A stretch of 43,910 nt of DNA from Deltaproteobacteria bacterium. GTDB lineage: Bacteria > UBA10199 > SPLOWO2-01-44-7. Position 1 is the first letter of the stretch. Every line of letters begins with the position of its first letter. The notes under the pieces are model-generated. The model was not told the DNA's origin, made no database searches, and was given only the letters and a program-made list of their open reading frames with translations. Location: NCBI GenBank assembly GCA_016213065.1, contig JACRBV010000062.1, positions 1 through 43,910 on the forward strand. The letters are read 5' to 3'. Positions 8,501 through 15,850 of this stretch are shown in pieces. Made by a program: the position numbers and the translations under genes.

Positions 8501-8777
8501 TCCCAATAATAGACCCGTTTATATTGGATTAATTTATCCCGGATATGTTCGCGGAAACTTTGGCGGCGTTCTCGATGAATTGTCGGTTTGGGGCAAAGCC
8601 CTGAGTGCCGAAGAAATTAAGTCCCTCTATAATAATGGTAGTGGTTTGGCTGTCACATCGCAGACAGAACTACTTGGGCTGTGGCATTTGGATGAAGTAC
8701 AAGGCGACTTCGTCTATGATTCATCAGACAACAGCAATCACGGTGTCCTCAAAAATGAACCGGCCATTATCCCATGA
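5535..8777 (+). CDS. Large secreted lipoprotein: P/T/S-rich linker, three Cys-rich 27-aa repeats, three Laminin_G_3 (LamG/ConA-like) domains
   Basis: Start moved to ATG 5535 to give a lipoprotein signal (MMLHKITISVSLLLLILGC). LamG signatures appear three times: FDG/LNG/LDG..D(Y/F), W(H)H(V)..DG, and DE(V/L)..(Y/W)..AL..(D/E)EI. Confidence 0.75.
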   Translation: MMLHKITISVSLLLLILGCSQGDPGSPTSSSTEKNEAAPAGGKVAQIPEIGGESAVQAPEIGIQSAPPPEESIPSPTPAPAIEEQPTSIPTSPQPTVEDQPTQASAPTSTPTPETTTKEQPASILVPSSNVNQPPSLAMILDGKAVASGASVSLPIGGTNEQFVIQASDPEKSIENVAIVETNPKIDPNQILLSPIGGNQYLVTVSDKIAVPSATVTVAVSDKPVNGGAVQQSKATFSANFVKAAPPPPVSHLTCQNFQCKPAEGAGANECATDASCGHSTCQNGQCKLVAGAGANECATDANCGHSACQNNQCTRVAGAGADQCKTNDECAPKIGKALKFDGYNDYVNVNPTPQLSPQDAITVMAWVKKDKQDKPTDVDNAHFVRKGSEYTLDTSDNGAILRFTVNGQWGLGLAPYPNDGEWHHVAGTYDKNAGKIRTYIDGIQLKESPYATSITPSPQPLRIGARNDLYTQNMKGLIDEVCIYNRALATDEIKNIKQSGCTANMNGIVGYWPFDEGEGNIVMDYSNPDEAYPGQTAFLLNENYGSKFVVNPTDKNVGKTYKTWDEIQQGLKDNDTQTAGPVWAEGILPENTKFLAKRQAAKDAGSQSPGLSLNGLNEYLVVAPPDKRYVSDLYTLTLGNFSVCGWFKAKDRIAGVIGNGINEGGSFVMHIAGYGMASRSLRMRIIYSGGSTEVNAYLPDNNFWHFGCGVVDDKNVSIYLDSEIGSSALFKGTKTKFDGNIFIGTTRYLTSDPKYCFNPQDSKDLSKIDTEGCSAFMRGGLKDIQIFKRALTPAEIREQYNFSFGKPADPGKDKDLIAYWKFNEEKGVTKIADASTYRNDALLTEGSTGPKWGNGILGGGIELDGINDFIALGTSPTLNMADKNFSICTWLKTADTTKSIQDIFSNSMVSNTPGTYRFSVRGGKMGGDIVYGNSQNAVSSNKIVNDNQWHFGCQVVDDVNNNIYVDGVLEKSQALSGTKTKVLGSTGVPNNRPVYIGLIYPGYVRGNFGGVLDELSVWGKALSAEEIKSLYNNGSGLAVTSQTELLGLWHLDEVQGDFVYDSSDNSNHGVLKNEPAIIP
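6297..6536 (+). repeat. Three tandem 81-nt coding repeats (CQNxQCxxxxGAGAxxCxTDxxCGHS)
   Basis: Units start at 6297, 6378 and 6459. Each has four Cys at fixed spacing. The repeat lies inside the LamG lipoprotein. Confidence 0.85.
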
Positions 8778-8780
8778 ACA

Positions 8781-8811
8781 CTACCATATGGTGCATGGCA
8801 CTATATGGTAG
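8781..8811 (+). terminator. Hairpin downstream of the LamG gene (weak terminator candidate)
   Basis: CTACCATATGGTGC-ATG-GCACTATATGGTAG with 1 mismatch. A T-run follows only after a 9-nt gap. Confidence 0.35.
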
Positions 8812-8865
8812 TCGGCGCAGTTTTTATCATTGAGTTGTGCTTGATATCCCTCTATTTTGCACCGC

Positions 8866-9900
8866 ATGGCGGATAGCAAAAATCAGTCTCTCGAAAAAAC
8901 TGCGTTTTGGGTATTGCTGGGTGTTCTTTTGGTTGTCTTCTTTTGGCTCTTGAAACCTTTTTATTCCGTTTTGCTTTTGTCCCTTGTTTTGGCTTTGATC
9001 TCACAACCTCTCTTTGAATTTTTCCTGAAAATTTTCAATCAACGGCGTTATCTTTCCGCATTTTTCTGTCTTGTTCTTTTCCTTTTGTTCGCGGCATTGC
9101 CGGTTGGATTCGTTATTTCCGCCGTCGCGGAGCAAACTATCCGGGCGGCCCAAAGCCTTGGAGAACATTTCACGCTGAATCAGGGATTTCTTGCCCAAAT
9201 TTTTGAGAACTGGCGGCAAACACTGGGGGTTGAAATTGATTTGTATCATTGGTTTAAAGAGTTTGTGCAAAATGCCGCACAGTATCTTTATCAATTTTCC
9301 CCGAAGGTCATTTCCAATACAGCCGGTTTTTTTCTGGGCGGCCTGCTCACCTTGATCCTCACCTACTTTTTATTGGTGGATGGTCCCAAACTTTATCACC
9401 AGATACTGGAAGTCTCCCCCCTCAAAAACACCTATGAAAAAACGTTGGCCAATGAAATCTGCGTCACACTCCGGGCGTGTATCTACGGCTATCTCCTGAC
9501 GGCTCTGGTACAGGGCATTCTGGCTGGCATCGGTTTTTGGGTTATCGGCATCAAATTGGCGCTTCTCTTGGGATTGGCAACTTTTATTATGGCCTTTGTC
9601 CCCATTGTCGGAACGGGATCTGTCTGGGTCCCCGTTTTTATTTATCTGCTCGCAGGCGGACAATATGGAAAAGCAACTTTTCTGTTTATCTACGGGTTTT
9701 TCATCATCTCCGGCATCGATAATATCTTAAAACCTCTTTTGATTCAGGGAAAAACAAACATCCATCCCGTACTACTCTTTCTCGCCATCTTTGGTGGATT
9801 AAAATTGTGGGGACCCGTAGGATTGCTCGCAGGCCCCACGCTGGCCGCCGTCCTGCTCGCCACCCTAAAAATCTACAAAAAAGATTTCCAGACAAATTGA
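8866..9900 (+). CDS. AI-2E family transporter (PerM/UPF0118)
   Basis: Multi-TM protein with typical UPF0118 layout and a C-terminal VPIVG..W.P motif region. ATG 8866 is preferred over the TTG at 8857. Confidence 0.85.
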   Translation: MADSKNQSLEKTAFWVLLGVLLVVFFWLLKPFYSVLLLSLVLALISQPLFEFFLKIFNQRRYLSAFFCLVLFLLFAALPVGFVISAVAEQTIRAAQSLGEHFTLNQGFLAQIFENWRQTLGVEIDLYHWFKEFVQNAAQYLYQFSPKVISNTAGFFLGGLLTLILTYFLLVDGPKLYHQILEVSPLKNTYEKTLANEICVTLRACIYGYLLTALVQGILAGIGFWVIGIKLALLLGLATFIMAFVPIVGTGSVWVPVFIYLLAGGQYGKATFLFIYGFFIISGIDNILKPLLIQGKTNIHPVLLFLAIFGGLKLWGPVGLLAGPTLAAVLLATLKIYKKDFQTN

Positions 9901-10640
9901 TGAATATGTCACCAATTTTCGTCACAACAAAAAGAGACAAAGCACGCGCCCTAAGAGCTCAAGGACTTAGTTATGGTGAAATATTTTCCGTCATAAAAGC
10001 ATCGAAAAGTTCTATCAGCATTTGGTGTAGGGACATCCAAGTCAATCCAACCCAGAAAATATTTCTCAAAAAAAGAGGTGGCGTGGCAAGCAAGCGTGGA
10101 CAACACAATAAATTAAACAGAGCCAAAGAAATCGAACAAATAAAACAAAGCGCTTCTAAGGAAATTGGTCCATTAACCTCGAATGAATTTAAATTGGCAG
10201 GCCTCATGCTCTATTGGGCAGAAGGGGGAAAAACGACAAGACAGATCGATTTTACTAATTCCAATCCAAAAATAATTGTCCTTATGATGCAACGGTTTCG
10301 GAAGATATGCGAAATAGACAATTCACGTTTTCGCATTCAGTTGCATCTGCATTCAGGACAAAAAGAAGAATCTATCAAAGCATTTTGGTCTTCTTTAATG
10401 GGCATACCACTTGAGCAATCTTATAAGAGTTATATTAAAAAAGAAGGAACAGGTCATCGCAAAAATAAATTGTACTGCGGCACTGTAAAAATACGCGTTT
10501 GCAATGGAAATCTCTTGCAAAAAATACTCGGCTGGATAGAAGGAACAACACAACAGTTATGGGCTGTTAGCTCAGTTGGTAGAGCAGGTGACTCAATTAA
10601 GGGTCCTACTCATTGTGAAATGAGCATGCAAACCGGGTGA
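9900..10640 (+). CDS. HTH + LAGLIDADG-like endonuclease-fold protein (putative free-standing homing endonuclease)
   Basis: N-terminal resolvase-type HTH (ARALRAQGLSYGEIFSVIKASKSSISIWC) followed by a LAGLMLYWAEGGK motif. The start ATG overlaps the upstream stop (TGATG). The last ~27 codons run through the tRNA 5' exon into the intron. The ORF-track start at 9807 is rejected. Confidence 0.5.
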   Translation: MNMSPIFVTTKRDKARALRAQGLSYGEIFSVIKASKSSISIWCRDIQVNPTQKIFLKKRGGVASKRGQHNKLNRAKEIEQIKQSASKEIGPLTSNEFKLAGLMLYWAEGGKTTRQIDFTNSNPKIIVLMMQRFRKICEIDNSRFRIQLHLHSGQKEESIKAFWSSLMGIPLEQSYKSYIKKEGTGHRKNKLYCGTVKIRVCNGNLLQKILGWIEGTTQQLWAVSSVGRAGDSIKGPTHCEMSMQTG

Positions 10641-10885
10641 ACTCAGGGAACGCTAAACTCTCTTCAAAAGAGCAGGTCAATCCTGAGCCAAGCTGAATGA
10701 AAGCGGTGGCAATGTAATTCAGAAGGTGCAGAGACTAGAGGGTGAGGAAAGCAACCAATAATCCCTCATAAGTGCCCGGCTCGCAGAGAAACTTCGGCGA
10801 GATGATATAGTCCGACACTCTGGAGAAATCTGGAGATAACAGTTGCTTAATCACCGGGTCGCAGGTTCGATCCCTGCACAGCCCA
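10561..10885 (+). tRNA. tRNA-Lys(CUU) interrupted in the anticodon loop (exons 10561-10593 and 10846-10885)
   Basis: The joined exons give a 73-nt cloverleaf: GGGCTGT/ACAGCCC acceptor, GCTC/GAGC D stem, GGTGA/TCACC anticodon stem, loop CU-CUU-AA, and GCAGG-TTCGATC-CCTGC T arm. It is close to E. coli tRNA-Lys as remembered. CCA is not encoded. Confidence 0.88.
10594..10845 (+). ncRNA. Group I (IC3-like) intron, 252 nt, no internal ORF
   Basis: The base at -1 is U10593, and U.G closes P1 (exon GACU / GGUC 10602-10605). UUAAG 10597-10601 is complementary to the 3' exon CUUAA (P10). The omega base is G10845. P2 (10609-10624) has a GUGA tetraloop. P4 is CUCAGG 10642-47 paired with CCUGAG 10682-87. 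The core strings GAGCCAAGC (10685-93) and GAAGGUGCAGAGACUAGAGGG (10722-42) resemble the Azoarcus tRNA-Ile intron core. Confidence 0.82.
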
Positions 10886-10892
10886 CAAAAAA

Positions 10893-10925
10893 GGTTGGAT
10901 TCGCCAATCCAACCTTTTTTATTTT
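10893..10925 (+). terminator. Rho-independent terminator after tRNA-Lys
   Basis: GGTTGGATT-CGCC-AATCCAACC followed by TTTTTTATTTT and preceded by an A-run. Confidence 0.75.
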
Positions 10926-11019
10926 CCAACATTTTTGGTTCGACCGTTTCCGATTCATGATTGACAATCCGGGGGCGGTTTGTTCTATCCGCCGTGAGTT
11001 AAATCTAAACGGAGGCACC

Positions 11020-12234
11020 ATGTCGACAGGCGAAAAAATCGAAATTAAAAACGGAAAACTGCAGATCCCCGATAATCCCATTATTCCTTTCATCGAAGGA
11101 GATGGAATCGGAGTTGATCTTTGGCCAGCCACCCAACATGTCTTGGAGGGCGCCGTCCAAAAAGCTTATAAAGGAAAGAAAAAAATCGTCTGGAAAGAAA
11201 TCCTCGCGGGAGAAAAGGCAAACAAACTCAAAGGCAACTGGCTTCCCGAAGAAACGCTCGATTCAATTCGTATATATAAGGTGACGATCAAAGGTCCCCT
11301 CACCACACCGGTGGGCGGCGGCATTCGCTCCATTAACGTGGCGCTCAGACAAGTGCTCGATCTTTACGCCTGCATCCGCCCCGTTCGTTATTTCAACGGC
11401 GTTCCTTCTCCCCTCAAAGAACCACAAAAACTTAATGTCGTGATTTTCCGCGAAAACACCGAAGATGTTTATGCGGGCATTGAATGGGCCTCAGGGACTC
11501 CAGAGGCGGAAAAATTGCGCAATTTTCTTGTCACCGAAATGAAGGCCAAGATTCGCGAAAAATCGGGAATTGGTATCAAACCGATGAGTCCCTTCGCCAG
11601 CAAACGACTGACACGCATGGCACTCAAGTATGCCATCGCCAACGACCGTAAAATAGCCACCCTCGTACACAAGGGAAATATCATGAAATACACGGAAGGC
11701 GCTTTCCGCCAGTGGGGTTATGAAGTAGCTGAAGAGGAATTTTCGGGAAGTGTCGTTACTGAAAGCGCTTTGAAAGAATTTGGCGGAAAAGTTCCCGAGG
11801 GAAAAATTTTGCTTAACGACCGCATTGCAGACGCCATCTTCCAGATGGTTTTACTCCGTCCCACTGAATACAGCGTGCTTATCACTCCCAATTTGAACGG
11901 AGACTATTTATCGGATGCTTGCGCGGCGCAGGTTGGAGGTCTTGGTATAGCTCCGGGCGCCAACGTTGGAGATGAAGCGGCCGTTTTTGAAGCCACGCAC
12001 GGCACAGCACCCGTTCACGCAGGTCAAGACAAGGCAAATCCTTCTTCACTCATTTTGTCCGGCGTCATGATGCTGGAACATATGGGTTGGGATGAAGCGG
12101 CCAAACTTGTAGTTCAGGGCATTGAAAGAACACTCGAACAAAAAACAGTCACCTATGATTTGGAGCGGCAAATGACCGGCGCCAAAAAAATCAAATGTTC
12201 TGAATTCGGGGAACGCATTGTTGCAAATATGTAG
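11020..12234 (+). CDS. icd: NADP-dependent isocitrate dehydrogenase
   Basis: E. coli-type Icd N-terminus ([10 protein letters not shown]), [10 protein letters not shown] and GTAP motifs. GGAGG lies 5 nt upstream of ATG 11020. The ORF-track extension across the tRNA is rejected. Confidence 0.93.
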   Translation: MSTGEKIEIKNGKLQIPDNPIIPFIEGDGIGVDLWPATQHVLEGAVQKAYKGKKKIVWKEILAGEKANKLKGNWLPEETLDSIRIYKVTIKGPLTTPVGGGIRSINVALRQVLDLYACIRPVRYFNGVPSPLKEPQKLNVVIFRENTEDVYAGIEWASGTPEAEKLRNFLVTEMKAKIREKSGIGIKPMSPFASKRLTRMALKYAIANDRKIATLVHKGNIMKYTEGAFRQWGYEVAEEEFSGSVVTESALKEFGGKVPEGKILLNDRIADAIFQMVLLRPTEYSVLITPNLNGDYLSDACAAQVGGLGIAPGANVGDEAAVFEATHGTAPVHAGQDKANPSSLILSGVMMLEHMGWDEAAKLVVQGIERTLEQKTVTYDLERQMTGAKKIKCSEFGERIVANM

Positions 12235-12297
12235 AAAGGACTATGGACAGGGAATAAAGGACAAGGGACAAAGGACCATGGACTATGAACTATGGAC
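12235..12297. repeat. Nine tandem heptamers NNNGGAC filling the icd-DUF3047 spacer
   Basis: AAAGGAC TATGGAC AGGGAAT AAAGGAC AAGGGAC AAAGGAC CATGGAC TATGAAC TATGGAC. The array begins directly after the icd stop. The downstream ATG (12278) is inside unit 7. Confidence 0.9.
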
Positions 12298-12991
12298 TAA
12301 ACACTTGAGAAAGTTGGTGTTGTTTTTGTTGTTGGTCCTTTGTCCATGGTCCATGGTCCATGGTCCCGCCTTCGCCCAGTCCCTCCCACCCACACAACTC
12401 AAAGGCATCGAGTGTTTTGAGAGATACAAAGTGGATGAATTTCCCACCGTTTTCAAAACGTGGCCTCTTCAAAGAGGCGATGCCAAAAAAATTTACAAAG
12501 TTCAGGAAGAAAACGGAAAAAAATATCTCGCCGCGTTTGATGACAAAGATCTTTCAAAACAAATTTTTCGTGAATTCGATTGGAATATAAAAGCCTTTCC
12601 CTATTTACGCTGGAAGTGGCGTGCCCGCGCTCTGCCAAAAGGAGCGGCGGAAAATAACGGCGCTACCAACGACAGCGCTTGCGGTGTCTATGTCCTTTTC
12701 GGAAGAACAACGGGCACGGCCCTGAAATTTACGTGGTCCACCACACTGCCGGTGGGAACTGTTTTTGAAAAGAAACCCGGTGAAATGGTGATGAAAATTC
12801 TGGATAGTGGATCAAAAAAATTGAACCAGTGGCGCGCCAACAGTATTGATGTTCCAAAAATGTACGAAGAACTTCTGAAAAAACCGCTCAAGAGAGAACC
12901 CACCGGTTTTGCCATTCTGACAGACGGAAACGCCACGCATTCCCCTGCCGCTTGTGACTACGCTGATTTTGAAATTAGTTCGGTGCCGTAG
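12278..12991 (+). CDS. Secreted DUF3047 family protein
   Basis: Signal peptide, then W.W.A..LP.GA.E....DSA.GVYV.F and LTDGNAT motifs that I associate with DUF3047. The start is set at MDYELW. Confidence 0.65.
   Translation: MDYELWTKHLRKLVLFLLLVLCPWSMVHGPAFAQSLPPTQLKGIECFERYKVDEFPTVFKTWPLQRGDAKKIYKVQEENGKKYLAAFDDKDLSKQIFREFDWNIKAFPYLRWKWRARALPKGAAENNGATNDSACGVYVLFGRTTGTALKFTWSTTLPVGTVFEKKPGEMVMKILDSGSKKLNQWRANSIDVPKMYEELLKKPLKREPTGFAILTDGNATHSPAACDYADFEISSVP
12335..12369. repeat. Five tandem heptamers GTCCNNN, the inverted counterpart of 12235-12297, inside the coding region
   Basis: GTCCTTT GTCCATG GTCCATG GTCCATG GTCCCGC. The array encodes part of the signal peptide (LCPWSMVHGP). Confidence 0.9.
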
Positions 12992-13000
12992 GATGCATCC

Positions 13001-13234
13001 TTAATCACCATCATCGCCGATAGCTTCCACGGGACAGGATTCTTTTGCCTCTTTGCACTGGGATTCTTCGTCGGGAGTTTCTGGCTGTTTGTAGACAAAG
13101 GAATAACCCCCGTCTGGATGTTGTTTAAAGTTGTTGGGAGCCGTATCCCGGCAAAGATTACAGTCGATACATTGGTGATCGACATAAAATTTCCCGGGAA
13201 CATTTTCAGCGACTTTGTCTGTTTTGTTTGCCAT
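13001..13234 (-). CDS. Small single-cluster ferredoxin
   Basis: CIDCNLC ... CP motif, 77 aa, acidic C-terminus. Confidence 0.8.
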   Translation of the reverse strand: MANKTDKVAENVPGKFYVDHQCIDCNLCRDTAPNNFKQHPDGGYSFVYKQPETPDEESQCKEAKESCPVEAIGDDGD

Positions 13235-13297
13235 TGCGGGGCGGGACCTTAGCGTAATCGACTAGTTTGTCAATAGTTGAGAGATTACTGATTTTGA

Positions 13298-14386
13298 TTA
13301 TTCTTTTCTCTTGTCGGCAACAGCCTGTGTGGCCGCAAAAACGCAACGAACACCGACATCGTCACTAAGAACATATGGATTTCTATCCGCTCGATAGGTG
13401 GCGCTCAAATGTTTTGGTAACGCGGAACGAAAACCACCTCCACGGATAACCTTGCCGACACCGACTTTTGGTTCCGCCGGACCTGTCGGATTCGCCATAG
13501 GAGTGGCGCCCTGATATTGCTGACCATCATACCAGTCACTTGTCCACTCCCAAAGACCGGCCAAATCATAAAGCTTCCACGCAGTAGGAGGAAAACGCCC
13601 AACCGGTGTTGTAACATCTGTACCATAGTTGGCTTCTCGGGATGTCAATATCCTCCTTGTTGTGGTGGCAAAAATAAAGGCACCATAGTCGGCAAGGGAA
13701 TAAACTTTTTTTTCAGATTCAATGGGAAGTTCACTATTTTCTCCACGGGCCATTTTTTCTCTTTCAGCTTCTGTTGGCAGGCGCCCACCCAAGATATGAC
13801 AAAAAACCTCCGCCTCAAAATAGCTGATGTTCACAGCGGGTTGGTCATCCGCATCAAAACCCTTTGGAGAACGTGATTGTGTAAAATCTTCGATTCTTCT
13901 TGTGACAATAGAGCAGGGGCCTTTTGTTTTTTCCGCCCAGTCTCTCAAAAATCCGGTTGAGACAACTTCAAGAGGTCCAACCGCCAGAGCTGTATTTACT
14001 TGTGTCATTTTTTTCGCGGGCTCAACACATTTGCCTTTCGCTTTTTTACTTTTGCCGCCTGAAATACATGATTCATATTTTTTTTGTTCTTCACTGGGCT
14101 CTTCACAAACTCTGATCAATTCAAATTGATCGACAGGAAAAGATAATGAAACTTGTTTACGTTCTTTATTTGTTATGGGAAATCGTTGGGCACAAAAGCG
14201 GTCAATCCAAACAACATGAGCCGGACTCTGGTCTTGCAATTCGGGATCGACCGGCGTCCCCTCCACGCCGCTCGTGTAATTTCGCCCCATCTGTGAAAAA
14301 CCATCGGGGATTAAAACGGTCCCTTCTCTTTGACACTGCCACTTAGGACTTCCTTCGACTTTGGGGGCATCCGCCATCGTCACCAT
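13298..14386 (-). CDS. Formylglycine-generating enzyme (SUMF1/FGE-sulfatase) domain protein
   Basis: GGRLPTEAE, LWEWTSDWY and RGGGF..........R motifs, with a long insert in the N-terminal half. Confidence 0.75.
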   Translation of the reverse strand: MVTMADAPKVEGSPKWQCQREGTVLIPDGFSQMGRNYTSGVEGTPVDPELQDQSPAHVVWIDRFCAQRFPITNKERKQVSLSFPVDQFELIRVCEEPSEEQKKYESCISGGKSKKAKGKCVEPAKKMTQVNTALAVGPLEVVSTGFLRDWAEKTKGPCSIVTRRIEDFTQSRSPKGFDADDQPAVNISYFEAEVFCHILGGRLPTEAEREKMARGENSELPIESEKKVYSLADYGAFIFATTTRRILTSREANYGTDVTTPVGRFPPTAWKLYDLAGLWEWTSDWYDGQQYQGATPMANPTGPAEPKVGVGKVIRGGGFRSALPKHLSATYRADRNPYVLSDDVGVRCVFAATQAVADKRKE

Positions 14387-14516
14387 CCTTCTGTTCTAAT
14401 CATCGGCACAAAGAGCATTTAGTTGCTTCATTACCAAAGATTTTTTTTCAACCCGTCCCTTCTTGCAAAAAAACAGCCTTCTAGCAACCATAACAATTAT
14501 CAATGATTATAAATAG

Positions 14517-15143
14517 TTAGACACCTATTTTTGGGCATAGAGCGTTTAGGGGGCAAATTTCACATTTTGGTTTTCTGGCCTCACAAATAGCCCGGCCGTG
14601 AGAAATGAGCAAAAGTCCAAAATCGGTCCAATCTTTTTTTGGAACCATTTTCATCATCTCTTTTTCGATTTTTTCGGGGTCGGATTGTTGGGTAAGTTCC
14701 ATGCGATAGGTCAAGCGTTTCACATGCGTATCCACAACAATCCCGGGAATGCCCCACGCCACTCCAAGAACCACATTCGCTGTTTTACGGCCGATGCCGG
14801 GAAGTTTCACCAACTCTTCAAGACTTTGAGGCACTTTGCCGCCATGTTTTGTTACAATCAGATGACAACAATTTTTAATCGCCTTCGCTTTATTTTTATA
14901 AAAACCGGTTGATTTAATATCCTTCTCCAATTCTGAAAGAGAAGCAGAGGCAAAAGATTTTGCGTTTGGATATTTTTTGAAGAGTGTAGGCGTCACGATG
15001 TTCACGCGCTTGTCGGTACATTGCGCTGAAAGAATGGTTGCGACCAAAAGTTGTAAAGGATTTTCATGATGCAGAGCACACTCCACATCGGGATAGGTCT
15101 TACGCAAAATCTTTAGAATTTTTTTTACACGTTCTGCTGACAT
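14517..15143 (-). CDS. nth: Endonuclease III
   Basis: HhH-GPD (LPGIGRKTANVVL), catalytic D in VDTHV, and the C-terminal 4Fe-4S loop CxxxxxxCxxCxxxxxC. Confidence 0.93.
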   Translation of the reverse strand: MSAERVKKILKILRKTYPDVECALHHENPLQLLVATILSAQCTDKRVNIVTPTLFKKYPNAKSFASASLSELEKDIKSTGFYKNKAKAIKNCCHLIVTKHGGKVPQSLEELVKLPGIGRKTANVVLGVAWGIPGIVVDTHVKRLTYRMELTQQSDPEKIEKEMMKMVPKKDWTDFGLLLISHGRAICEARKPKCEICPLNALCPKIGV

Positions 15144-15850
15144 TTTTTTGCAAAAACTCCGAAAACTTTTCCGGCCAACTCTTTACAACGCGGATCAAAT
15201 TGAGGGATTTTCTTTTCAATCTCCACCGGATCAATTTCCCCCTTGAGTTTTTTCCACACGGGAATTTGTTTGGGTTCATGGAGCCAGTCTCTCGCCATTT
15301 TTCCCGTCACCTCCAAATGAAATTGAAAAGCCCACGCAAAATCCTGATAGCGAAAAGCTTGGGCCGGGCATAGCGGCGTTTTTGCCAGATGCGGACAGCC
15401 TTTCGGAATTTCAAAGGTGTCACGGTGCCACTGAAAAACCATTTCCTTCACGTTCATATGCATCAGCAAATCGTCTTTTTGTCCATCCAGTGTCAATTCC
15501 AGAGGATAATAACCGATTTCTCTTTTTGCATTTTCATAAACCATCCCGCCCAGCACATGGGCCATCAATTGCGAGCCGAGACAAATTCCCAGCGTTGGAA
15601 TTTTCTCCTGCAATATTTTTTCGATGTATTTCATTTCCGGAAGCAAAAAAGGATATTGGTCTACTTCATCAACATCCATATATCCCCCCATAATCACGAG
15701 ACCCGCCAAATCTTTCGGTTCCGGAAGCGGGGTGTGCGGCTCGCTAAGCAAAATACATTCGACGGGAAGCGGTCCCTTTCTCATCACATCAAGAAGATAG
15801 CCGGGTCTTTCTTTTTCAACATGTTCCAGAATAATAATTTTCTTTTTCAT
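15125..15850 (-). CDS. Class I glutamine amidotransferase-like protein
   Basis: Nucleophile elbow GICLGSQL and FQFHLE His/Glu. The start is chosen at the ATGA overlap with the PolX stop. The alternative start is 15865. Confidence 0.8.
   Translation of the reverse strand: MKKKIIILEHVEKERPGYLLDVMRKGPLPVECILLSEPHTPLPEPKDLAGLVIMGGYMDVDEVDQYPFLLPEMKYIEKILQEKIPTLGICLGSQLMAHVLGGMVYENAKREIGYYPLELTLDGQKDDLLMHMNVKEMVFQWHRDTFEIPKGCPHLAKTPLCPAQAFRYQDFAWAFQFHLEVTGKMARDWLHEPKQIPVWKKLKGEIDPVEIEKKIPQFDPRCKELAGKVFGVFAKKCQQNV

Noticed and set aside
9807-9899. The N-terminal 31 codons of the ORF-track call 9807-10640.
   Set aside because: They lie entirely within the 3' end of the AI-2E transporter gene in another frame and are an Arg/Pro-rich out-of-frame read. 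ATG 9900 gives a clean stop/start overlap.
10843-11019. The N-terminal extension of icd (ORF-track start 10843) and the antisense ORFs 10735-10932 and 10851-11132.
   Set aside because: They cover the tRNA 3' exon, its terminator and the spacer. Icd homology starts at MSTGEK (11020), which has a GGAGG SD.
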